Assembly (NCBI GenBank): GCA_040752695.1
Contig: JBFMGO010000025.1
Span: 1-60,884, forward strand
Source: a bacterium
GTDB taxonomy: Bacteria > SZUA-182 > DTGQ01
Direction: 5' to 3'
DNA: 60,884 nt
Positions 47,755-55,990 of this stretch are shown piece after piece. Within the stretch, counting starts at the first letter, position 1, and every line of letters begins with the position of its first letter. Below the pieces are notes generated by a model that saw nothing but the letters and a program-made list of their open reading frames with translations, did no database searches and was not told the DNA's origin. Both the position numbers and the translations under genes were made by a program.

Positions 47755-50700
47755 ATGACCTCCTTTGACCTGCTTAACAGCCCACTTGAGGGCCGCAACC
47801 TGATCGAAGCCAGTGCAGGCACGGGAAAGACCTATACCATTGCCGGGTTGTATCTTCGTCTGCTCCTTGAGCAGCGGCTGTCCGTAGATCAAATCCTGGT
47901 CGTCACTTTCACCGTAGCTGCAACTGAAGAGCTGCGCGGCCGGATTCGATCGAGGATCAGGGATGCCCTGGCCGCCTTTGCCTCTGGAAGCAGTAATGAT
48001 GATGATTTTCTGGCCGGTCTGGTTAAAAAATGTGATGACAGACGTGAGGCCGAGCTTCTTTTAACCAATGCGCTGCGCTGCTTTGACGAGGCTGTGGTTT
48101 TCACTATCCATGGATTCTGCCAGAGGACCCTGCAAGAGAAGGCCTTCGAGTGCAGTTCCTTTTTCGACACCGAGCTTATCACTGATCAGAGCAGCCTCAT
48201 GCAGGAGGTTGTGGATGATTTCTGGCGCATTCATGCCTACAATTCTCCTTCTCAGGCGTTTATCAGTTTTGCCGGGAATAAGTGGGGTCCCCGGGCACTG
48301 GCGGCACTTGTGCAGGCCAGTGCCAGCAGACTCAATGTGCTGCGGGTGATCCCCGAAGAAGACCCGCCGGATACCAGGGATCTTGAGGATGCCTGCACCA
48401 TAGCCCTTGACAAGATGCGTAAGCTCTGGCCTACAGTACGCGAAGAGGTAGAGGAGCTTTTGGCAGGCAGTCAGGGGTTGAACCGCCGCAAGTACCCGCA
48501 AGCCAGCCTCAAGGGCTGGATACAAACGGTAGATAAGTACCTGTCGGCAGGCAGTTTTTTGCCCTTTCCCGGAGAACTTGAATGTTTTGGAGCAAATGCC
48601 CTGGAATGTGCGGTTAAAAAGGGGTGTCAGCCTCCCAGACACCAGCTTTTTATCCTTGTAGATGATCTTTGCAGCAAGCTCAAGGAGCTTGAAGCGGCCT
48701 TTGACCAAAGGCTCATTCACCTCAAAAGGAAGCTCCTGCTTTTTGTCCGGGAGGAACTTCCTAAAAGAAAGATCGAGCAGAATATCCGCTCCTTCGACGA
48801 TCTTTTACTTTCCCTCCAGTCTGCCCTGAGAGGAAAGGGAGGTGCCGATCTGGCCCAGGTCATACGGGAAAAGTATCGCGCCGCTCTCATCGACGAGTTT
48901 CAGGACACTGACCCGATCCAATACGCCATTTTCAAAACTATCTACCCGGACAGGGAAAATATCCTGTTCCTTATCGGTGATCCGAAGCAGGCTATCTACA
49001 GTTTTCGCGGAGCAGATGTTTTTGCCTACATCGAGGCAGCCAAAGACGTAGAAGCCAGGTATACGCTCGGCACCAACTGGCGCTCCGTACCCGAACTGAT
49101 CAGAGCGGTCAATACCATATTCTCGAACAGAGACAATCCATTTATCTTTGAGGACATTCCGTTTCACCCGGTTAGCCCGCCGGCAGTCAGCGTTCCGGAC
49201 GAGAGAGGGAAGACCTGCCTTGAGCTTGACGCACAGCTCAATGCTGCGTCTGTTCGGGAGTGTGGCACACAGATCGATACTGCTTCTCTTCAGAAGCTTG
49301 GCGCACAGGCCGGTGATGCGCCTCTTAAGGAGTTTGGTACACAGCCTGGTGGTGCTCATATTCAGAAGCTTGACGCACAGCCCGATACTGCATCTCTTCA
49401 GCTCTGGTTTCTTGGCTGCGAGGATGTTCATCATCCGGCGGCATCGGGCAAAAGGATCAGTAAGGGAGAGGCAAAGAAGCAATTGCCCGAAGCCGTGGCA
49501 AGTGAGATCGGGCGGCTTTTGAGAGCAGGGCAAAAGGGGCAGGCACGTATCGACGGCCGGCCTGTGACTCCGGGGGATATTGCCGTTTTGGTCCGGACCA
49601 ATGAGCAGGCACGCTCTATGCAAGAGGCCCTTCAGGTACGGAAAATTCCCAGTGTGCTCTACAGCTCGGAGAGTCTTTTCACCTCCCGCGAGGCTGTGGA
49701 GCTGCTCACGGTTCTGGCCGCAGTGGCCGAGCCGGGCAGGGAGGAGAAGATCAAGGCCGCCCTGGTCACCGATCTCATGGGGATGTCCGGCAACGAACTG
49801 GCCAGTCTGATCGGTGACAGTGCCGCCTGGGGGATGTGGCTTGAAAAATTCAGGGCTTATCACGAGTTGTGGGCCAGAAGGCAGGGGTTCATGATCATGG
49901 CCAGTACCCTTATCGCGCAGGAAAAGATAAAAAGCCGCCTTTTGGCCTACCGGGACGGCGAGCGCCGGGTAACCAACCTCCTGCACTGCATGGAAGTTCT
50001 TCATCAGGCTGCACTGGAAAATAACCTTGGGATAGAGGGCCTGGTGAAATGGTTTACCCGGCAGATCAACGAGCATCCGGAAAAAGAGGAGTACCAGATC
50101 CGTCTCGAGACAGATGAAAAAGCAGTCAAACTGGTCACGATCCATAAGAGCAAGGGGCTGGAATATTCGATTGTTTTTTGCCCTTTCTGCTGGAGCGGAG
50201 TGCGGGAAGAAAAGGAAATGGCCTTTTTTCATGATCCCGAAAGCGGGCACAAGACCACGATTGTCCTTGGCTCCCAGAACCTGCTCCATGCCAGGGGGAA
50301 GGGGACGGTCAAATCACTGGCCACGCAGGAGGCTCTGGCCGAGGACCTGCGCCTGCTCTACGTCGCCCTGACCAGGGCCAGATACCGCTGCTATCTCGTC
50401 TGGGGAACAATTGGCCGTGCCGAAGCATCAGCTCTCGCCTACCTGCTCCATCCTGCCGAAGGCGATGGGACCGCCGGGGGGAGTGATCCTGTCCAAACCA
50501 CTGCTGCCTGGCTGTCCAGACTGGATAATCAGAAGATGCTCGATGATCTTGGTGTCCTGGCTCAAAAAGCGAAAGGTGCCATTACTATCTGCCCGATGCC
50601 GGAGACTTCGAAAGACACGTTTGAAGCTGCCGAAGGGCCTGGCGATAGTCTTTCCTGCCGCACATTTTCCGGCAGCATCCCCGACGACTGGCACATAGCC

Positions 50701-51822
50701 AGCTTCTCCTTCCTGGTGTCCGGCAGGGAGGAACTGGGTGAGTGGGGAGAAGGCCGGGGCCTTGATGAGAAGCATCCAGTCGAGGATGCCGGAGTAGATC
50801 GTGGAGTAGATCGTGGAGTAGGTCGAGAGGTAGGTCGAGAAGTAGATCGAGGAATAGATCGTGGAGCAGGTCGTGGAATAGCGGCAGGAGGCCAGGAAAT
50901 TGCGGCAAGAGGCCAGGAAACGGCTGGAGGCCAGGAAATAACGGCTAGAGGTCAGGAAAAGCGGATAGGGGCTGCAGGGCAAAGAACCGTAGCGGCAGGC
51001 CAGGGAATAGTGTCAGAAGACCAGGAGGAAGATGCACTGCTGTCGCCGGATGACTTCCCCAGAGGAACCAGGGCAGGGACTTGCCTTCACGATATTCTCC
51101 AGAATCTCGATTTCGCCGAAAGAACCCCTGAGGCTACCGAAAAGCTGGTCCAGGAGAGGCTGGCTGCACATGGCTTTGATCCGGCCTGGACCATGCCAGT
51201 CTGCTCCCTGCTTGACCGGGTGCTGGCTACCCCACTGCTGGACGGGCAAGAGGGATTCTCGCTCTCTTGTTTGGCCAGGAAAGACCGGGTGGCAGAGATG
51301 GAATTTTATCTCCCCCTGGAGCGGATTACCTCCCGGGGGCTTGGCAGGATTTTTGAAGCTCATGGCGGCCCCGATGTTCCCAAAGGGTTTGCCGGGATGC
51401 TCGAAATGCTCGATTTCGCTCCGGTCAAAGGTCTGCTCAAAGGGTTCATTGACCTGGTGTTTCACTTTGGTGGCCGCTACTATCTGGTGGATTATAAGTC
51501 CAATTACCTCGGCCCCGGGCTGGAGAATTACGCACAAGACATCCTGCCTGAGATTATGGAGCGGGAATATTACCTTCTGCAATACCACCTATACACCGTG
51601 GCCTTCCATAAGTATCTGGCCCGGCGGGTTAAGGGCTATGATTACGAGGTCCACTTTGGCGGCATTTTCTACACTTTTTTGCGCGGAATGGACCCCAGCC
51701 GAGGCTCTGGCTTCGGGATCTATCGGGCCCGTCCGTCCCTGGCCCTGATCGACAGTCTTGACCGCTACTTTTGCGGCAGCAGCATGGTGCTGGCGGGGGG
51801 CAAAATAGATCCTTTGAAATAG
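47755..51822 (+). CDS. recB: exodeoxyribonuclease V beta subunit
   Basis: LIEASAGTGKT, TIHGFC, LIDEFQDTD, IGDPKQAIYSFRGAD, TIHKSKGLE, LYVALTRA; nuclease GFIDLVF...VDYKSN. Confidence 0.95.
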   Translation: MTSFDLLNSPLEGRNLIEASAGTGKTYTIAGLYLRLLLEQRLSVDQILVVTFTVAATEELRGRIRSRIRDALAAFASGSSNDDDFLAGLVKKCDDRREAELLLTNALRCFDEAVVFTIHGFCQRTLQEKAFECSSFFDTELITDQSSLMQEVVDDFWRIHAYNSPSQAFISFAGNKWGPRALAALVQASASRLNVLRVIPEEDPPDTRDLEDACTIALDKMRKLWPTVREEVEELLAGSQGLNRRKYPQASLKGWIQTVDKYLSAGSFLPFPGELECFGANALECAVKKGCQPPRHQLFILVDDLCSKLKELEAAFDQRLIHLKRKLLLFVREELPKRKIEQNIRSFDDLLLSLQSALRGKGGADLAQVIREKYRAALIDEFQDTDPIQYAIFKTIYPDRENILFLIGDPKQAIYSFRGADVFAYIEAAKDVEARYTLGTNWRSVPELIRAVNTIFSNRDNPFIFEDIPFHPVSPPAVSVPDERGKTCLELDAQLNAASVRECGTQIDTASLQKLGAQAGDAPLKEFGTQPGGAHIQKLDAQPDTASLQLWFLGCEDVHHPAASGKRISKGEAKKQLPEAVASEIGRLLRAGQKGQARIDGRPVTPGDIAVLVRTNEQARSMQEALQVRKIPSVLYSSESLFTSREAVELLTVLAAVAEPGREEKIKAALVTDLMGMSGNELASLIGDSAAWGMWLEKFRAYHELWARRQGFMIMASTLIAQEKIKSRLLAYRDGERRVTNLLHCMEVLHQAALENNLGIEGLVKWFTRQINEHPEKEEYQIRLETDEKAVKLVTIHKSKGLEYSIVFCPFCWSGVREEKEMAFFHDPESGHKTTIVLGSQNLLHARGKGTVKSLATQEALAEDLRLLYVALTRARYRCYLVWGTIGRAEASALAYLLHPAEGDGTAGGSDPVQTTAAWLSRLDNQKMLDDLGVLAQKAKGAITICPMPETSKDTFEAAEGPGDSLSCRTFSGSIPDDWHIASFSFLVSGREELGEWGEGRGLDEKHPVEDAGVDRGVDRGVGREVGREVDRGIDRGAGRGIAAGGQEIAARGQETAGGQEITARGQEKRIGAAGQRTVAAGQGIVSEDQEEDALLSPDDFPRGTRAGTCLHDILQNLDFAERTPEATEKLVQERLAAHGFDPAWTMPVCSLLDRVLATPLLDGQEGFSLSCLARKDRVAEMEFYLPLERITSRGLGRIFEAHGGPDVPKGFAGMLEMLDFAPVKGLLKGFIDLVFHFGGRYYLVDYKSNYLGPGLENYAQDILPEIMEREYYLLQYHLYTVAFHKYLARRVKGYDYEVHFGGIFYTFLRGMDPSRGSGFGIYRARPSLALIDSLDRYFCGSSMVLAGGKIDPLK

Positions 51823-51833
51823 GAGCATCAAAT

Positions 51834-51941
51834 TTCCAGTGGGAAAATGGACAGGATTTATGCCCTGATACCCTGTACTTAGAGGCTGAAAAGTCCCGCT
51901 GCATGGAAAACGATCCAAATATCAGGGAATCGAGGTTATAA
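51834..51941 (+). pseudogene. C-terminal remnant of a DUF2442-like gene
   Basis: Manual translation FQWENGQDLCPDTLYLEAEK...* resembles the DUF2442 W-x-NG-x-D-x-x-P-x-x-LY motif. No N-terminal half is present. Confidence 0.55.
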
Positions 51942-52025
51942 AGCCTCAACACTTTATAAAAGATTACATTTCCTTAACGCAAGATCGAAGCACTCCTATA
52001 CCCTAAACACCGTGAGGAACGACTG

Positions 52026-54167
52026 ATGGACGGAAATTGGTTAACGGTTTTTGACGGCCAGGAGGAGGGAGGCATGGAAATAAGCAGGCATTTTGCCCTC
52101 TTCATGCTTGACCTGGCCGGGGCTGGAGAGCGGAGCCCGGAGCTTTTTCTGGCTGCGGGTCTGGTCAGCCGCTACACTGAAGAGGGGAATGTATGCCTTG
52201 ACCTTCCCCTTATCGCAGGCCGGCCTGTGGCCGAGGTGCTCGACGGTGCGGAGATTGAGATGCATTGCCCGCCGGTGCCTTATTGGATTGATGTGTTAAG
52301 GAATACAACGGTTGTTGGGCGGCCCGGTGAATTCAAGCCCCTGATTCTGGACGAGAAGGGAAGACTGTACCTTTACCGCTATTGGGAATACGAAAAAAAT
52401 GTGGCTGACAGCCTGACTGAGCGGGCTTCCAGACTGTGCCCGGATATTGACGAAGCACTCCTTGAGGATGGAATCAGGCGGCTTTTCCCTAATCCGGCGG
52501 CGGCAGGGGCTCACGGGCATGCAGAGGAAATCAAGCATGCAGGGGAAATCAAGTATGCCGGGAAGAACGAACATGCAGGGGGTAATGAGCCAACCGGAAA
52601 GAATCAGCCAGCCGGAATGAATAATCCAGCCGCAAAGGATGATCCTGACTGGCAAAAAATTGCTGCCCTGACTGCTGTTCGCCGGATGTTCTGTGTCATT
52701 TCAGGCGGCCCCGGAGCGGGCAAAACTTCTACGGTGGTCAAGGTTTTGGCGCTTCTCCTGGAGCAGGCCAAGGGGAAAGCCCTGCGCATTGCCATGGCCG
52801 CACCTACAGGGAAGGCTGCGGCCAGGCTTAAGGAGTCAATCCGGCAGGCCAAAGGTGAACTGGCCTGTCAGCCCGATATCCTCAAGGCTATTCCTGATGA
52901 AGTGTCAACTATTCACCGGCTTCTTGGTACCATAACCACGCGCGATCCTTTCCTGTTCCGCAATGGAGAGGAAAACATGCTTCCATGCGATGTGGTAGTG
53001 GTGGACGAGGCATCCATGGTCGATCTTCCCCTGATGGCCCGGTTGGTCAAGGCGGTTCCACAAGGAGCCAGGCTGATCATCCTTGGGGATAAGGACCAGT
53101 TGGCCTCTGTGGAAGCAGGTGCCGTTCTTGGTGACATCTGCGGTGCAGGTCAGAGCCATCTCCCGCTGGCCTTTACCGGGCAGTCGGCGATAGATAAGGA
53201 AACGGCAGCGGGTATGAAAGCGGGTATGGATACGGCGATGGCCGGCCCGATCAGCATAGAATCCCCATCGCCGGCGGAAGTCAGAGGAGGGGCAGGGGCC
53301 TTGAGGGACTCTCTGGTCATCCTGCGCAAAAGTTACCGGTTCGGCCCGGACAGCGGCATCGGCCTTGTCAGCCGCTCAATTAATGAAGGCCGGGGTGCAG
53401 CGGCTCTGAGCCTTCTCAAAGGGCTTAAGGGAGGACTCAAAGGGCTTGACAGGCTTGATGAGCTTGGTGGCCCTTATGAGCTTCCTGCTGACGGATACGG
53501 AGATATTTCCTGGAGGCGTTGTCCATCGCCGGGAGCTATGCCCAAGGCCATAGCTGAGCGGATTACCCAAGGGTATGCAGATTATCTCAAGGTGGATGAC
53601 CCCGAAGAGGCGTTCCGGCGATTTAATGGTTTTCGCATCCTGTGTGCACTGCGCAAGGGACCCTATGGCGTTGAGCGGGTGAATGGCCTGGTTGAAGAGG
53701 CACTTCAGAAAGCAGGACTGATCCCGATCGGCAGGGACAGGGTAAGGGGCCGTCAATACCGGGGCCAGCCTGTCATGATCACCCGGAACGACTACCGGCT
53801 TGGACTCTTCAACGGCGATGTCGGCCTCATTTTGCCTGACCCTTCGCAGAGCGGCGCTCTGTATGCCTATTTCCCGACCTCCGATGGTGCCATGAGAAAG
53901 ATCCCGCCCGGCCGACTCCCTGAACACGAAGCAGTGTATGCCATGACCGTTCACAAAAGTCAGGGGTCGGAATTTGACCGGGTGATTTTTCTTCTGCCCG
54001 ACGTGGATGCTGAGGTCCTCACCCGCGAGCTCATCTATACCAGTATTACCCGGGCCAGGGAGTATGTGGAGGTGTGGGGCAGGGAAGAGGTGTTTATCAA
54101 GGCCATATCAAGGCGCATTCAGCGACAGTCAGGTTTGCAGGATGCTCTGTGGGGGGAGGGAGCGTAA
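52026..54167 (+). CDS. recD: exodeoxyribonuclease V alpha subunit
   Basis: RLYLYRYWEYE, DWQKIAA, ISGGPGAGKT, APTGKAAARL, VDEASMVD, GDKDQLASVEAG, MTVHKSQGSEF. Confidence 0.95.
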   Translation: MDGNWLTVFDGQEEGGMEISRHFALFMLDLAGAGERSPELFLAAGLVSRYTEEGNVCLDLPLIAGRPVAEVLDGAEIEMHCPPVPYWIDVLRNTTVVGRPGEFKPLILDEKGRLYLYRYWEYEKNVADSLTERASRLCPDIDEALLEDGIRRLFPNPAAAGAHGHAEEIKHAGEIKYAGKNEHAGGNEPTGKNQPAGMNNPAAKDDPDWQKIAALTAVRRMFCVISGGPGAGKTSTVVKVLALLLEQAKGKALRIAMAAPTGKAAARLKESIRQAKGELACQPDILKAIPDEVSTIHRLLGTITTRDPFLFRNGEENMLPCDVVVVDEASMVDLPLMARLVKAVPQGARLIILGDKDQLASVEAGAVLGDICGAGQSHLPLAFTGQSAIDKETAAGMKAGMDTAMAGPISIESPSPAEVRGGAGALRDSLVILRKSYRFGPDSGIGLVSRSINEGRGAAALSLLKGLKGGLKGLDRLDELGGPYELPADGYGDISWRRCPSPGAMPKAIAERITQGYADYLKVDDPEEAFRRFNGFRILCALRKGPYGVERVNGLVEEALQKAGLIPIGRDRVRGRQYRGQPVMITRNDYRLGLFNGDVGLILPDPSQSGALYAYFPTSDGAMRKIPPGRLPEHEAVYAMTVHKSQGSEFDRVIFLLPDVDAEVLTRELIYTSITRAREYVEVWGREEVFIKAISRRIQRQSGLQDALWGEGA

Positions 54168-54457
54168 TTTGTCCGCATGAGTAATCTTTTCTCTATGCAT
54201 CAATCTGGCTTTTCCCCGTAGGATGATATCGCTTATCAAATATACTGTACAGGAAATACGTGGTCAGTTATCTACAGTTATCGGCTAAGAATACCGGATT
54301 GAATTTGGGTACTATGCCTTTCTAATGAGCCATCGGTGATTACCTGCGTTGGATGGTAAGGCTCGCTACCTCTTGTAGATAAATAAACCCTTAATGCCTC
54401 GACCTGTATTTTCAATGATTCAAAATTATGTTTTTTTCATACGAATTATCAAATGAC

Positions 54458-54483
54458 CTCATGTTGACTATTATCAACATGAG
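54458..54483. promoter_or_regulatory. palindrome CTCATGTTGA-N6-TCAACATGAG (Crp/Fnr-like core)
   Basis: Perfect 10-bp arms. Core TTGAC-TATT-ATCAA, upstream of the radical SAM gene. Confidence 0.45.
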
Positions 54484-54651
54484 CGAAATCATTTGAGCCT
54501 TTCTCTTAAGTGCGTCCGGTAGAGAGGCTTTCTTTTATGCATGTAATGCAGCTTCATACATGTTATACTATAGCAAAGCACCGGAAGCAAATTGAAAAAT
54601 ATGCAAAATTGAAAAATAAGAGCAATTGAAAAAACAGGGAAGATTCTTTTC

Positions 54652-55599
54652 ATGAGCAGCATGAGCAGCACGAGCAGCAGGATTTATGACTTCAATACCT
54701 ATCTGAGGGCACTCTATGGAGAGCGGGTGCAAAAGATCACCATCGATGCAGGATTTACCTGCCCAAACCGCGACGGCAGCAAGTCTACTGGAGGCTGTAT
54801 CTTCTGCAATCGGCAAGGTTCGGGCACGGGGCAGTGGCTGACTGGCCTGTCAGTGAAAGAGCAGATCCAAAGAGCGCAGCAATTGATCCGGCAAAGATAC
54901 AAGGCCGGTAAATTTCTGGCTTATTTTCAATCCTTCAGCAATACCTATGCTTCTGTAGAGACCCTGCGTCGCCTGTACGAGGAGGCACTGTCCGTAGAGG
55001 GGGTTGTAGGACTATGCATCGGCACCAGGCCGGACTGTATCGATGAAAACGTGCTGGACCTTCTGGATAAGTATAGCCAGACCCATCTTGTCTGGCTTGA
55101 ACTGGGACTACAATCCTTCCATGATAAAACCCTGCAAAAGATCAACCGGGGCCATGGGACAGAAGAGTTTCTCAAGGCAATCGAAATGACCCGACACAGG
55201 GAAAAAATCAACATTTGTGTTCATGTCATCCTTGGCCTGCCCGGAGAAACGCGATCCGAAATGATCGATACCGCCCGCAGGCTTTCCTGCCTGAGAATTC
55301 ACGGTATCAAACTGCACCTCCTTTACGTAATCAAAGACACTCCCCTGGCCAGTATGTACATGCAGGGAGAGTACCACTGCCTCACCAGCGAGGAGTATAT
55401 CGATATTTTCTGTGAATTTGTCCAGCACCTTCCCCCTTCCGTAGTTATCCAAAGACTCATCAGCGACCCTCATCCTGATGAATTGCTTGCCCCCGCCTGG
55501 GCACTTGACAGAAGCCAGAACCGCCGGAAAATTGAAGAGGCGATGGAGCGAAAAAATATCCGGCAGGGAGAAAAACTGATCAGCAGGCAGCAGAGTTGA
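54652..55599 (+). CDS. TIGR01212 family radical SAM protein (YhcC/YtqA)
   Basis: KITIDAGFTCPNRDG..STGGCIFC, YFQSFSNTY, IGTRPDC, ELGLQS, GIKLHLL. Confidence 0.92.
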   Translation: MSSMSSTSSRIYDFNTYLRALYGERVQKITIDAGFTCPNRDGSKSTGGCIFCNRQGSGTGQWLTGLSVKEQIQRAQQLIRQRYKAGKFLAYFQSFSNTYASVETLRRLYEEALSVEGVVGLCIGTRPDCIDENVLDLLDKYSQTHLVWLELGLQSFHDKTLQKINRGHGTEEFLKAIEMTRHREKINICVHVILGLPGETRSEMIDTARRLSCLRIHGIKLHLLYVIKDTPLASMYMQGEYHCLTSEEYIDIFCEFVQHLPPSVVIQRLISDPHPDELLAPAWALDRSQNRRKIEEAMERKNIRQGEKLISRQQS

Positions 55600-55720
55600 C
55601 AGTGGAGTAGAGTAGGCAGCAGAATTGACAGTAGAGCGGGCAGCAGTGCAGGCAGCAGGATTGACAGAAGAGCAGGCAGTATGGTGGGTAACAGAGCAGG
55701 CAGCAGAGTGGGCAGCAGGG
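55581..55720 (+). repeat. about 12-nt degenerate tandem repeat starting in the last codons of the radical SAM gene
   Basis: gcaggcagcaga gttgacagtgga ... gtaggcagcaga attgacagtaga gcgggcagcagt gcaggcagcagg attgacagaaga. Confidence 0.8.
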
Positions 55721-55722
55721 CG

Positions 55723-55914
55723 GGGCTTTTTTGCCCCGCCAAATCCAATGATGAAAGGTGGGGCAAAAAGCCATATACATCCCCTCCGCAGTTACGTGCT
55801 GGCTCTCCCTTGAGGCAGCCAGCCAATCCCTCTCCTTCAAGGGAGAGGGATTGGTGAGGGTGATCTTTCAGTGCGTCTCCATCCCATAAGGTTGTGCGTC
55901 TCCATCCCATAGGG
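55723..55914. repeat. cluster of REP-like palindromes and a short duplication between convergent genes
   Basis: ggctttttTGCCCCGCC...GGTGGGGCAAAAAGCC; tccctctcc-ttcaag-ggagaggga; gtgcgtctccatcccata x2. Confidence 0.65.
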
Positions 55915-55990
55915 TGAAAACGAAACCGTACCAGTTACTTGCGCCGAGAGGTGTACGAGCTTGTCGTCCGTCTTCAGGCATTATCAGGCG

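Noticed and set aside
55625..55910. ORFs with LLPALL/AAEQA repeats
   Set aside because: They are translations of the intergenic 12-nt repeat, with no RBS or family features.
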